DNA of 41,918 nucleotides from a virus: IMG/VR virus record IMGVR_UViG_3300045988_009872; one strand, 5' to 3'. Shown piece by piece: positions 16,187 to 25,395 of this stretch (position 1 is its first letter; each line of letters starts with the position of its first letter). The notes under the pieces were generated by a model. It saw only the letters and a program-made list of their open reading frames with translations, ran no database searches and was not told where the DNA came from. The position numbers and the translations under genes were made by a program.

Positions 16187-16578
16187 TCTCCTTTGCCCTC
16201 GGTATTCTCCTGCGCAGAGCCAGAGGTTTTCCCGCTCTGCGCTGAGAGAAAAAGCGCGCCGAATGCTTCATCGGTCAAAAGCTCCGTCGCGTCGCGCATC
16301 AGCTTGACGAGGTTCAGCGCGCCCTTGTAGCTCTCCGTGCTCACGCCCTCAATAGAGGCAAGAATGGCAATGATGTCGCCTTTGTGCCCCTTGAGCAGCG
16401 CGGGGAGCGCTTTTCGCGCCCTCTGCGTCGCAAACTGCTTCACCGTCATGCCTTCCGGCAGCTTTTCCCGCCGAAACATCGCGGAAGCCTGTTCGTCCTC
16501 CGCAATGTTGGCAATCGGATCAATGATATCCGCAATGACGTCAAAGACGCGCTCACCCTGAATGTCGGAAAGCTTCAT
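16183..16578 (-). CDS. tail assembly chaperone (gpG-like)
   Basis: Acidic protein between the major tail protein and the tape measure. Confidence 0.75.
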   Translation of the reverse strand: MKLSDIQGERVFDVIADIIDPIANIAEDEQASAMFRREKLPEGMTVKQFATQRARKALPALLKGHKGDIIAILASIEGVSTESYKGALNLVKLMRDATELLTDEAFGALFLSAQSGKTSGSAQENTEGKGE

Positions 16579-17165
16579 GCCGTTTCCTCCGTTCCGGCCT
16601 TGATGTAAATTTCATACGGGACCTTGTCCTGCGCGGCAAGGGAATAATGCGCCGTAAACTCAAAGGCAAACTGTCCCTTAGCCTTGTCCGCCGTCTTGAG
16701 CTGAAAGCCGCCCGTGGAAAGCGCGTTGAGCATGTGAATAGCGATAAAGCCGCCGTTTTTTGCACCGTTCTTGTCGGAGTAATCGCCTACCAGCCACAGG
16801 TCGGTGAAGTCGCTGTCCTTGAGGTCCGTGCGTGGAACGACCTTCGTCGTGTCGCTCGTGTCAATGTCCGCCGCGCCACAGAGCAGCTTTGCCGTTTTCG
16901 TGTCGGCGTTGATAAAGGTGCCGGACATCTTCGCCTCGACCATGTCCTGCCGCTTAAACTCCTTCATGTTCTTCGGGCAGTTGTCAATGTCTTCGCCGAA
17001 GTCGGAGAAGATCGGCGTCGCCGTAAAGGTCACGCCTCCGGTCGTCGCGCCGATCTGTCCATCCGCTCCGATTTCCCCGGAGGCCGGCGTGAAGTCGGTC
17101 GTCAGAATGCCCGCATTGATCTGCAGCTTCTGAAACGCATCAGAAGGAATCTTGGTAAATTTCAT
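16575..17165 (-). CDS. major tail protein
   Basis: Called from size, position and beta-rich sequence. Resembles the phi13/TP901-1-like family. Confidence 0.8.
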   Translation of the reverse strand: MKFTKIPSDAFQKLQINAGILTTDFTPASGEIGADGQIGATTGGVTFTATPIFSDFGEDIDNCPKNMKEFKRQDMVEAKMSGTFINADTKTAKLLCGAADIDTSDTTKVVPRTDLKDSDFTDLWLVGDYSDKNGAKNGGFIAIHMLNALSTGGFQLKTADKAKGQFAFEFTAHYSLAAQDKVPYEIYIKAGTEETA

Positions 17166-17180
17166 GTCGTTGTCCTTTCA

Positions 17181-17549
17181 TCAGTTTTGCGACAGGAACT
17201 CAACCGTGATGTTGAGATACCGCCGCTTGATGTTTTTATCGCTTTCGTCCGCGATGTTCTGGCACCACGGGGAGCCGCGCTTGATCCACATCGCCCCGCC
17301 GTCATACGGCGCAAGCACGCCACCCATGCCGATGGCGTCAGAGATTTCCTGCGCCTTTGCGTTTGGTGTCGCTTCGCTCTCGGTGTAATACCAGAGGTTG
17401 ACCGTCAGCGCGATCTCGCCGCTCTCCCATGATCCGGTGATCAGCTCATAGGTCAGCCACGGGAACACCGCATCTTCCGGCACGTTGGAGGTTGGATAGG
17501 CCGGTAGGAATCGAGAAAACCACGCATGGAGCGCCTTATCCTTTGTCAT
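17181..17549 (-). CDS. tail terminator / tail completion protein
   Basis: Position immediately upstream of the major tail protein. Confidence 0.6.
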   Translation of the reverse strand: MTKDKALHAWFSRFLPAYPTSNVPEDAVFPWLTYELITGSWESGEIALTVNLWYYTESEATPNAKAQEISDAIGMGGVLAPYDGGAMWIKRGSPWCQNIADESDKNIKRRYLNITVEFLSQN

Positions 17550-17905
17550 TTCGGCAGCTCCTTTCGTTCGGCGGTGAAGAATTTCAGCGCTCGGATCGTC
17601 GGGCCTGCCGACCGCGGCGCATCCCGTTCTTCCGGGTTTGAGGTCACGCGGTAGGTGTTGCCGGTGGACGTGTCGCGGAAATAATCGTTATACTCGATGG
17701 GGACGGTCTTGTTGACCAGCGCGGAATACACCGACGTAACGCCCTCTTTTTCCGCCCTGCGTGCCTCCATCGAGGTGTCAAGCGCCTGATAGTTGAGAAA
17801 TTCCGCGCCTTCGGCCCATGCGACGATGTAGCCGCCTGCGCCGTCCGGCGTTCGCGTCTTTTCCATCAGCACGCATTTGCTTGCGAAATCGTCCAGTAAA
17901 CTCAC
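17546..17905 (-). CDS. head closure / head-tail adaptor protein
   Basis: ORF 17546..18076 trimmed to the GTG at 17905 (GTGA overlap with the upstream stop, GGGGGTGGA RBS). Confidence 0.6.
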   Translation of the reverse strand: MSLLDDFASKCVLMEKTRTPDGAGGYIVAWAEGAEFLNYQALDTSMEARRAEKEGVTSVYSALVNKTVPIEYNDYFRDTSTGNTYRVTSNPEERDAPRSAGPTIRALKFFTAERKELPK

Positions 17906-18333
17906 GGTTCCACCCCCTTGAGCTTTCGCCAGTCGTTTAACCGGCCTCTGAAAGCGTCCTGCCAGCCGTTTAACGTGCCGCTGTCGTTTCCTGCGCTGCG
18001 TTTGGTGTAGGAGTAGCCCCCGAAGCTCTCGCTTTGATACGGGCTTGCAACGGCCTCCCCGTTCTTTTCGTGCCAAGCCTCGATCTCAACCGAAAGATCA
18101 ATTACGGCTTTCGGCACGGCAAGCGCCCACACAGAGCCGGTAAACGTTTCGTCCGTTAAATCGACCGCCGGGTATTGATGCAGGCCGTCGTTAAACACAG
18201 AGCCGACGATGCGGAAATATTGATTGGTCAGGAGAAAGGGCAGCGTAATGCTGCCATTCTCCACGGTGAACGTGCCCTTGTGGATCTCCACAAGGAACCA
18301 GTTGTTCAAGTGCCGTAAGACCTGTTCAAGCAT
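17902..18333 (-). CDS. head-tail connector (gp6-like)
   Basis: Position directly after the capsid gene, with typical size. Confidence 0.6.
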   Translation of the reverse strand: MLEQVLRHLNNWFLVEIHKGTFTVENGSITLPFLLTNQYFRIVGSVFNDGLHQYPAVDLTDETFTGSVWALAVPKAVIDLSVEIEAWHEKNGEAVASPYQSESFGGYSYTKRSAGNDSGTLNGWQDAFRGRLNDWRKLKGVEP

Positions 18334-18349
18334 TACGCCGCCCTCCTAT

Positions 18350-19252
18350 TTAGCCCGCGCCGGCCACCGAAACGGTAGCCACGGCAATGCCGTCCAGATA
18401 TTCAGCCCACAACTTCATGCCCATGATGGCGTACATATCGCCGGTGGCGCGGCTGTAATCGCCGTCGACATGGACGCCGATCAGGTTGGTCTCGCCCTTC
18501 ACGGTGTAATTCAGCCCCAGCTTGGCAAAGTCGCTGTCGCTCGGGTCCACATAGTACAGGTCGATGTTTTCCACGGGCAAAGCGATCACCTTCTTGGAGG
18601 CGATGTACTTCTCGGGCAGCAGGAACAGGGTGCGGTAGCCCATGAAGTTCTCCACGTAGTTGATTCCGAACATCGTCTGCACGGCGATCTCCTTGTCGCC
18701 CAGGTAATCGTAAGCGTCGATGATGTTGGCAAAGCCCACCACTTCGGTCACGTCCTTGTCGAGACCGGCAAACTTGTCCAGCACTTTGCCCTTTGCCATC
18801 GCAAGAGCGCGCTGCCAGGTCTTTTCCGTTACCTTGAGCGTGCCGGTGCCGAGGAAGGTGTAGAAGTCAGTCAAAACCTTGTTCTGCAGGGCCACGAGGA
18901 ACGCCTCGTCGGTCTTCTCCACGGCAACATCAGCGCCGTACTTCGCCACGCTCTCGATAGTCACGCTCTTGGCATACTTGGAAATGTCGATGTCGTCGTA
19001 GGCGACAGGCTCCACCTTCATTTTGGTGAAGGGGATCTCGTCACCCTCAGCCACGGTGCCGCCCTTGAGGCCGCCGTCCACGCTGGCCTTGTAAGAAACC
19101 AGCTTCGTGCCTGGGGCCTTGCGGATGGGACGCATGATGCCCATGATGTTCCGCAGTGCGTCCCAGTTATCAGCGAAGCGGGACACGAAATCCACCTCAC
19201 GGGCGGAAGTGGTAAACTGGGCAGAAGTTGTTACGTTAGTTTTCGCAGCCAT
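18350..19252 (-). CDS. major capsid protein
   Basis: 300 aa, follows the scaffold gene, and has a strong RBS context. Confidence 0.85.
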   Translation of the reverse strand: MAAKTNVTTSAQFTTSAREVDFVSRFADNWDALRNIMGIMRPIRKAPGTKLVSYKASVDGGLKGGTVAEGDEIPFTKMKVEPVAYDDIDISKYAKSVTIESVAKYGADVAVEKTDEAFLVALQNKVLTDFYTFLGTGTLKVTEKTWQRALAMAKGKVLDKFAGLDKDVTEVVGFANIIDAYDYLGDKEIAVQTMFGINYVENFMGYRTLFLLPEKYIASKKVIALPVENIDLYYVDPSDSDFAKLGLNYTVKGETNLIGVHVDGDYSRATGDMYAIMGMKLWAEYLDGIAVATVSVAGAG

Positions 19253-19272
19253 AAATAGCTCCTTTCAAAAAA

Positions 19273-19896
19273 TCAGTTGTTTTCGCTTGCCATCAGATCG
19301 GCAAGTGCTTTTTGGCGCTCCGCCGTAGACATCACATAGCGGCCCTTATCGTCCTTCTTGTAGATGTCCTCTCGGGATTTTGCGCCGCCGGTGTTTGCCG
19401 GGGGGTTGGCGGGATTCGCCCCGTGCGTCTGCGTGGTGGAGACAAGCCCCTTGTAGGTGCCGTCTACGAGTGCATCAAGGATCTTGGTGTCCTTGATCTT
19501 CTCGCCGTCCAGCTCCAATGCGGCCATTTCCTCGCCGCAGCCGCGCATCGCAAGGTCGAGATTCGCGCCGGTGATGTTTTTGCTCTCAAAGTAAGCGCGG
19601 ACAGCCTTTTCCTTTGCCGCCTTGCTTTCCTTTGCCGTGATGTCGGTCTTAAAGGCTTCAAAAGCCGAGTGTTCCTTCTCGTACTTTTCCTTATAGCCGC
19701 CGTCACCCGCTGCCTTGAGGTCGTCCAATTCCTTCTGGACGCCGGGCAGCTTCTCCGCGTCCGCCTTGTACTTCGTAAGATCGTCCTTGAGGGGGTCAAC
19801 CACGCCCAGATGCAGCGCAACCAAGCGATTTTCAACCTCTTCGGTGCAAGCCTCGCCGAGAATATTTCTGATTTCCGCTCTCGTAAATTTCGCCAT
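19273..19896 (-). CDS. scaffolding protein
   Basis: Trimmed to the ATG at 19896, after AAGGAGAA. Lys/Glu/Asp-rich helical protein upstream of the capsid gene. Confidence 0.8.
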   Translation of the reverse strand: MAKFTRAEIRNILGEACTEEVENRLVALHLGVVDPLKDDLTKYKADAEKLPGVQKELDDLKAAGDGGYKEKYEKEHSAFEAFKTDITAKESKAAKEKAVRAYFESKNITGANLDLAMRGCGEEMAALELDGEKIKDTKILDALVDGTYKGLVSTTQTHGANPANPPANTGGAKSREDIYKKDDKGRYVMSTAERQKALADLMASENN

Positions 19897-19988
19897 GTTA
19901 TTCGTTCTCCTTTTCCTTGGCCCCAATTCTTCGGGGGCGAACGTTGTATAAAAACCGCTATGCTTCGCGGGTTTTACCTAAAATAAAA

Positions 19989-20023
19989 GAGCCAACCGGC
20001 TACAAATCGTAGTCAGTTGGCTC
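19989..20023 (-). terminator. intrinsic terminator inside the late operon
   Basis: Stem GAGCCAAC / GTTGGCTC. On the minus strand it is followed by TTTTATTT. A second, weaker hairpin with a U-run lies at about 19953-19976. Confidence 0.6.
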
Positions 20024-20043
20024 CTATTGCCCTTTCCCGCGCC

Positions 20044-20178
20044 CTATTGCGCGGAAGTGCTGTATTTGATTGTTTTCTTGACCTCTAAGACAATGTACCC
20101 GTCGCCTTTTCGGCGTATTTCAGCATCGTTGCCGCGCTTGATAATGGCTTCAATGGCCTTGATGGTTTCATTATCCAT
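20044..20178 (-). CDS. small hypothetical protein (44 aa)
   Basis: Below the track cutoff. Its ATG overlaps the end of the gp10-like gene by 8 nt. Translation: MDNETIKAIEAIIKRGNDAEIRRKGDGYIVLEVKKTIKYSTSAQ. Confidence 0.4.
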   Translation of the reverse strand: MDNETIKAIEAIIKRGNDAEIRRKGDGYIVLEVKKTIKYSTSAQ

Positions 20179-20575
20179 TTTTCAGCTCGCTTTCCAAAAT
20201 GTCCCGATACTGTCCCGCGTGGTCGGCGGCAGCGGGTTTCAAAAATGGCTGCGCTTTGTTGCCGCGCGTGTAATGCCAGTTGCCTTTTGCGTCCTGATAC
20301 ACCCACGGTGTAGGCCGTCCGCCGCCACCTTCGGCATAAATGCCGGTGCCAAGCTCAACGTACGCGGCGTAAGAATTGTTCGACCCGATGATTGCCGCCG
20401 GTTCCTGCTCGTCTATCATATGGGTAATGCTGTTCCGCAAATTGCCGGTGTCAACGGGGCACAGCTTTTTTGCATATCCCTCTGCCACCAGACCGACCTT
20501 TTCAAGCCCCCGCAGCAGCGCCGCCTTGATCTCAGCAGAAACCTCCGCGCTGTGGTCTTGAATTTCAACGCTCAT
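20171..20575 (-). CDS. HK97 gp10-family phage protein
   Basis: The VDTGNLRNSI motif is typical of the gp10 family. Confidence 0.75.
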   Translation of the reverse strand: MSVEIQDHSAEVSAEIKAALLRGLEKVGLVAEGYAKKLCPVDTGNLRNSITHMIDEQEPAAIIGSNNSYAAYVELGTGIYAEGGGGRPTPWVYQDAKGNWHYTRGNKAQPFLKPAAADHAGQYRDILESELKNG

Positions 20576-20646
20576 ATTTTGATCCCTTTTACCAGTTCTC
20601 TAAGCGGTTCAAGAAAATCGTCAATGATGTATTCCCCGTCTTTCAA
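20572..20646 (-). CDS. possible 24-aa coupling ORF
   Basis: A TTG start overlaps the MuF stop, and its stop forms an ATGA overlap with the next gene. Translation: MKDGEYIIDDFLEPLRELVKGIKI. Very short, so uncertain. Confidence 0.3.
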   Translation of the reverse strand: MKDGEYIIDDFLEPLRELVKGIKI

Positions 20647-22379
20647 TTTTTCTTACTCCTCTCAAAGATTTTTACAAGTTCTTGGTCGAGAATATCTTCT
20701 TCTCCGTTCCAATACGCCGCAAAACTCTCTGCCACATATTCTTGTTTGTTGCTGGTCGCATAAGCTGAAATTTTGCCGGAATACTTTTCAAAACTGGACG
20801 ATAAATCAAATCCAATTTCTTTCTCTGCCTTTTTGAAAACACGGTCATCAAGATAATGGCCTAACTCATGGACCATAGAGCCGTAAGCATCCGGCTCATT
20901 CACGTTTGTTCTTCCGGTCGCCTTAAGTGCTTGTACATATCGCAACTGTAATTCTGCTCCAAAACCTGTTTTTTGCTTTGCCTTTTCAATGGCGATGTCA
21001 ATATTAGGCATTACTGTTTCCAGCAAATCACGATATTCTTTTACATGAGCCGCCATTGCTTTTTGACTTTTCAAATAGTCTTTGTTGAAAAATAGGTCGC
21101 ACGTCCCCCACTGATATGCGGCTTCTGCGGTTGTGTCCTTGAAGCGTTTTTCTCTCCTATTGAACGGAACAAGATTTCTGATTTTATAATCAACGTCATA
21201 CTGGTCAAGGACTTCGGTTAATGCCCTGTTCATCTCATTAGCATATTGCAAGTCGATTCCCTTATAGTCAATTTTTCCAGTATATTTGCTCTTGTAATCG
21301 TTAACGTATTTTTCGGCGTATTTTTGCGCTTCTTCAATAGATGCAGCGGGGGTAAAAGACGGCTTTGCTGCTTTTTTAAGTTGCCTCTTCTTCCACCCTG
21401 CCCACTCGGAATAGGTCATGTCCGAAATAACCTCATTCCGCCCAGTACCGGCGTTTTTGGCGCGTCTCTGCGCCGATGAGGTATCTACGCCCTCCACGGC
21501 GGCAATCAGCGTACAGCGGCAGTTATATATCTCCCACGGTGGCCCTTGCGGGTCTCCGGGAAAACGACAACCGTTAGAAAACTTCTTGTCCTGCGCCACT
21601 TGTTCGCCGTCAAGCATGGCATGAGAGTGACGTGTACGCGCGTCCAGCGTGGCCAACCATTCTTTTTTGAGCTTGATGCCCATCTTCTCCGCCGCCGCAT
21701 AGCTGTCCATGCGACCGGCGTTCTGCGCGCCGGTCACGGCGGTTCTGGCGGTGCGGATAGCGCTGCCCCGGCTCATGGTGGTGATCCGCTTTTGCAGGTC
21801 ATCCGCCATGTTCTTGATGCTCTTCCCCTGCAAGATGGAGCTGGTGACGCTTGCCGTAATTTGCTTCTTGCCATACGCGAGATCAATGCCGCGCTTTAAG
21901 GCGCGTTTCGGCGGGTAATATGGCATCAGCTCCGGCTGCTCTACCATGAGCCGCTTGACCGTCTGCTCGTCCCACAGGTCAAAGCCGACGTTTCCCGCGA
22001 CCTGCTCGATGGTGTACGCCGAATAGTTGCGGTTAAGGGAATAGATACCCGGCGTTGCATCGTTGGTGTAGGATACCGCCACGGCGTTTGCTTCAGTCGC
22101 GCGGTGCGCCACTTTGTCACGCATGGCCTGATAGCGTTCCCCGCGCCCGATCTGGTTCAGCCGCCATTGCTTATAGTCGGCCTCCGCCCATTCCTTACCG
22201 TTCTGCACGGTGCCAATCAAGGCTTTCATTTCCTCGTCGCGCTTTTGGAACTGCTCAAAGTATGCGTCAATGGTCGCTTGCAATTCCTTCCCGGCCTCAC
22301 GGTATAGTTTCTCAATGCGCCGTTCCAGCTTTGCAAGCTCCTTGTCGGTCAGCTTGTGGCCGAGGTCACTGTTCGCCAT
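20643..22379 (-). CDS. head morphogenesis protein (SPP1 gp7 / Mu F-like) fused to a C-terminal HEXXH zincin-like domain
   Basis: The N-terminal ~300 aa carry RTRHSHAMLDG...NCRCTL (MuF). The C-terminal ~270 aa are encoded by visibly AT-rich DNA (about 20643-21420). They contain HELGH (20856-20870) followed by EYVAESFAAYW. Confidence 0.85.
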   Translation of the reverse strand: MANSDLGHKLTDKELAKLERRIEKLYREAGKELQATIDAYFEQFQKRDEEMKALIGTVQNGKEWAEADYKQWRLNQIGRGERYQAMRDKVAHRATEANAVAVSYTNDATPGIYSLNRNYSAYTIEQVAGNVGFDLWDEQTVKRLMVEQPELMPYYPPKRALKRGIDLAYGKKQITASVTSSILQGKSIKNMADDLQKRITTMSRGSAIRTARTAVTGAQNAGRMDSYAAAEKMGIKLKKEWLATLDARTRHSHAMLDGEQVAQDKKFSNGCRFPGDPQGPPWEIYNCRCTLIAAVEGVDTSSAQRRAKNAGTGRNEVISDMTYSEWAGWKKRQLKKAAKPSFTPAASIEEAQKYAEKYVNDYKSKYTGKIDYKGIDLQYANEMNRALTEVLDQYDVDYKIRNLVPFNRREKRFKDTTAEAAYQWGTCDLFFNKDYLKSQKAMAAHVKEYRDLLETVMPNIDIAIEKAKQKTGFGAELQLRYVQALKATGRTNVNEPDAYGSMVHELGHYLDDRVFKKAEKEIGFDLSSSFEKYSGKISAYATSNKQEYVAESFAAYWNGEEDILDQELVKIFERSKKN

Positions 22380-23721
22380 CGCCGCTCACCACCGGCGCGA
22401 CCGGTTCCGCAAAGCTTCGGTCAATCTCTTCTGCTGCCTTCCGTTTTGCCATGTCCTCGTACTGGTCAATATCGCCATTGATGGTCAGCAGCTTCTTCGT
22501 GATGTATTCATCATCGTAATACGCCGCGCCCAGCAGAATATTTTGCGTTTCCTCGCTCTTGTTGATGATCTGATTGCGCGTGTAACTCGGCTGATCCTCA
22601 ATGCCTGCCAGACGAAGGATTTCCACAATAAACCGCGTTACCTCGGATTCAAACTTGTCTGTTTTCAGATCCAGCGGCGCATAGCTGGCCTTGATCGCCG
22701 TTGCCGTCTGGTTCCCGGCAGATACCGCCGCCGCGTCAAAGCACTGGAAATCTTCATAGAGCTTCTTTTTCAGCATATCAATGGTGCTGCTGGTTCCCTC
22801 AAACGGAGCCTCGATGGTCTTGCTCTCCACCTTTGCGCCATCGTCGCCGTTGGCGTGGGCGACATGCGTGGTTTTCAATCGCTCCACAAATTTCGCATCG
22901 TCGAGATCGTCCATACCGTTGCAGTTAGACAGCACCCAATAGATCAAATTGCCCTCGTCCACGTTGTTGACCATATTAGAGGACGCAAGATCGAGCGCGT
23001 CAATGGTGTTGCGCTTGCCGACAATTTCGGATAGGCACCGCTTGTTGTTTTTCAGAGGCACGATGGGGAAACTTGGATAATTGCCACCGTCGTAAATCTC
23101 TGTTTCGCCAACTTCGGCCTTGCGGATAACGAGCTTGTAGCTGCGCTTTTCCTGCAATACGCTCATATCTTTGTTTTTCGGCTGGAAGTACTCGGTAAAG
23201 CCGTCGACCTCGTACAGCGTCGCTCTCAGCGGCTTATCCTGCGCCACCTGCCAGAACCGGATACCGGCTTTCATTGCGCCGTCTTCCTCATCATAGAGGG
23301 GGACGAACTCAAGCAGGGAGAACACGCGCAAATGCGTCAAATCCCAAAAGCCAAAAGACACGCCTGCGATTTTCGCCTCACGCGCCGCATCCATGACTTC
23401 CTGATCGAAGTCCGGGCATAGTTTTTTCGGTGTTTCCTTCTCCGCAAAGGTCACACCGTTTCCCAGCAGATACGAAACCTCCTGATCTACCGCCAGCCCG
23501 AAGAAATGGCTAGCCAACTTATGGTTCGCCGTCCACATATCCGTGTGGCTGCGACCCTGCATATCATAGATGATCTTCTCATAGCGGTTGATGGTCGGAT
23601 TTAGACCGTTATAGTATTCCTCCGCATCCACCGCCGTTTTATACGCTGTGCTCTCGCGGTGCTCATTGATCGTGCTGCGGACAAACTCAATGCGCGCCTG
23701 CTCGTTTTCACCGACCGACAC
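22366..23721 (-). CDS. portal protein (SPP1 gp6-like)
   Basis: 451 aa, positioned between TerL and MuF. Confidence 0.9.
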   Translation of the reverse strand: MSVGENEQARIEFVRSTINEHRESTAYKTAVDAEEYYNGLNPTINRYEKIIYDMQGRSHTDMWTANHKLASHFFGLAVDQEVSYLLGNGVTFAEKETPKKLCPDFDQEVMDAAREAKIAGVSFGFWDLTHLRVFSLLEFVPLYDEEDGAMKAGIRFWQVAQDKPLRATLYEVDGFTEYFQPKNKDMSVLQEKRSYKLVIRKAEVGETEIYDGGNYPSFPIVPLKNNKRCLSEIVGKRNTIDALDLASSNMVNNVDEGNLIYWVLSNCNGMDDLDDAKFVERLKTTHVAHANGDDGAKVESKTIEAPFEGTSSTIDMLKKKLYEDFQCFDAAAVSAGNQTATAIKASYAPLDLKTDKFESEVTRFIVEILRLAGIEDQPSYTRNQIINKSEETQNILLGAAYYDDEYITKKLLTINGDIDQYEDMAKRKAAEEIDRSFAEPVAPVVSGDGEQ

Positions 23722-23756
23722 GAGGTCGTTATATGTTTTGATAGCCGCTCACCGTC

Positions 23757-25031
23757 CTATCTGTTCCAAATGGGGGTATAATCGCTCTTTCCCTTTTGAC
23801 CCGGCATCCTCCATATCGATTCCGTCGCATATCGGCATGCATCAATATGGTGGTTATTTGCGTCAGGATAGCCGCTGATGATCTCTCCATCGCGGTTCCG
23901 CTCGTACTCATAGGAAATAAATTCTTCTGCCGTTTTTGGGCATTTTACCTTGTCAATTACGATGCTCGACAAGCTTTGCAACCACTGCATAGATCGGTCA
24001 ATGCTTCCCGGCCCTTTTCTTGCGCTAATGCAGCGTAAGCCGAATTTTTGATAGTCCGCGACGCTCTTAGGCTCTGCGCCGTCTGCTGTGATGAGATCGC
24101 CGCGGGTCAGCCCATAGTCAATCAGCATATCCGCCGTTTCTTTGTTCCGCTTCTTGTTTGCGGTCATTTCCGCAAAAATGTATAACGTGCGTCTCGCAGC
24201 GTCGTAATGGCAACGATTGAATGCCCACGGGTCGGGGAAATATCCCCAGTCAACACCGTTATAAATTCGGTCGAACTGCGAAGCTTCTTCATCGGTAATT
24301 TCTCGCAGCTCCAAATTTTCAAACACATTGCCACCCGTGCCGACCGGAATGCCGAGGTATTCGTGCTGATATGCTCGCTCGTCCGTCTCTTTGAGGTGTT
24401 CTGCTTCATCGATAAACTGCTGCCCCAGCCATTCGGGCGGCGCTTGCAGATACGTTGACTTGTGGCACAGGCGGTCGGCGCGTTCCTCCAAGCTGTCTTT
24501 GTTCGCCCAGTTGTCGCGCGAAATTGGCGGGTTATAGCTCTCAAAATTCCAAAACACCGAGCCGCCGCGCATGGTCGACTGCAAAATGTTTCGGATTTCC
24601 GCGCGTCCGGCAAACTGATCTTTTTCCTCAAAGTGCGTTACGGCGATGTAGCCAAACGGCACCTTGATGGACTTGATCTTCATGGGATCGTCAGCGCCCC
24701 GGAACATGATCTTCTGTCCTGTTGGCTTGTAGATCAGTTCCATCGGGGAGACTTTGGCTTCCCAATACGCCGCCATGCCCAACTCACCGATTGCCCAAAT
24801 ATACTGGGCATAGACGCTATCGCGGATCGTGTTTGCCACCTTGCGCAGCACAAGCGCGTGCGTTCCCGGATTGGCAACCAGCAGAAGCGGCACGATAATT
24901 GATACCGTAGAAGATTTCAACGAACCTCGACCGCCGCTAAAATCGTAATGCGTGTGACCATGCCGGAAAATGTCATGTGCAATGTCATAAAACGCAGGCC
25001 CGATCTTTTCTGACAAACGAATATCAGACAT
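23757..25031 (-). CDS. terL: terminase large subunit (PBSX-like)
   Basis: Walker A-like GGRGSLKSS, with typical size and position. Confidence 0.9.
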   Translation of the reverse strand: MSDIRLSEKIGPAFYDIAHDIFRHGHTHYDFSGGRGSLKSSTVSIIVPLLLVANPGTHALVLRKVANTIRDSVYAQYIWAIGELGMAAYWEAKVSPMELIYKPTGQKIMFRGADDPMKIKSIKVPFGYIAVTHFEEKDQFAGRAEIRNILQSTMRGGSVFWNFESYNPPISRDNWANKDSLEERADRLCHKSTYLQAPPEWLGQQFIDEAEHLKETDERAYQHEYLGIPVGTGGNVFENLELREITDEEASQFDRIYNGVDWGYFPDPWAFNRCHYDAARRTLYIFAEMTANKKRNKETADMLIDYGLTRGDLITADGAEPKSVADYQKFGLRCISARKGPGSIDRSMQWLQSLSSIVIDKVKCPKTAEEFISYEYERNRDGEIISGYPDANNHHIDACRYATESIWRMPGQKGKSDYTPIWNR

Positions 25032-25395
25032 CGATAATCACCTTAACGACGGAATCGGTGCTGGAATTGTCTTGTTTATCAAACACTCCTGTATGCTTTG
25101 CAAGCATCTCAAGCGCCTTTAGCTTGTTCGCATATTTCAGATCGCTTTCTGTGCAATCAGACGCAGGCTTGTCCGCGATTTCTTTTAGCTTTTCAATCAC
25201 ATAGTCCTGCGTTACTTCCGTCCGCTTCTGCCTTTCCGCCTTTGCTTTTTGGATGGCAGCTGAAACGTTACTATTCGTAACCAACTGCCTACCTTTCTCG
25301 GCGTTCTTATACCCTGCTCTTGCGGCTGCCTGTGTGGCATTCAAATCCACAAGATATTCTTGCACAAATCGTTCTTGCTTTGCTGTTAATGCCAC
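25024..25395 (-). CDS. terS: terminase small subunit
   Basis: MALTAKQERFVQEYLVDLNATQAAARAGY is a Terminase_2 signature. GTG start at 25395 after GAGGTG. Confidence 0.85.
   Translation of the reverse strand: MALTAKQERFVQEYLVDLNATQAAARAGYKNAEKGRQLVTNSNVSAAIQKAKAERQKRTEVTQDYVIEKLKEIADKPASDCTESDLKYANKLKALEMLAKHTGVFDKQDNSSTDSVVKVIIDV

Noticed and set aside
16227-16233. GGGAAAA as the canonical -1 slippery heptamer of the tail chaperone
   Set aside because: In the zero frame it is phased GGG-AAA-A rather than X_XXY_YYZ. It is kept only as a candidate and the actual shift site is unresolved.
18224-19258. 344-aa plus-strand ORF
   Set aside because: It mirrors the major capsid gene, and its His/Val/Gly-rich composition is not protein-like. 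The same reasoning applies to the other long plus-strand ORFs opposite structural and early genes (7265-8182, 2326-3138, 22210-23034, 35753-36661).
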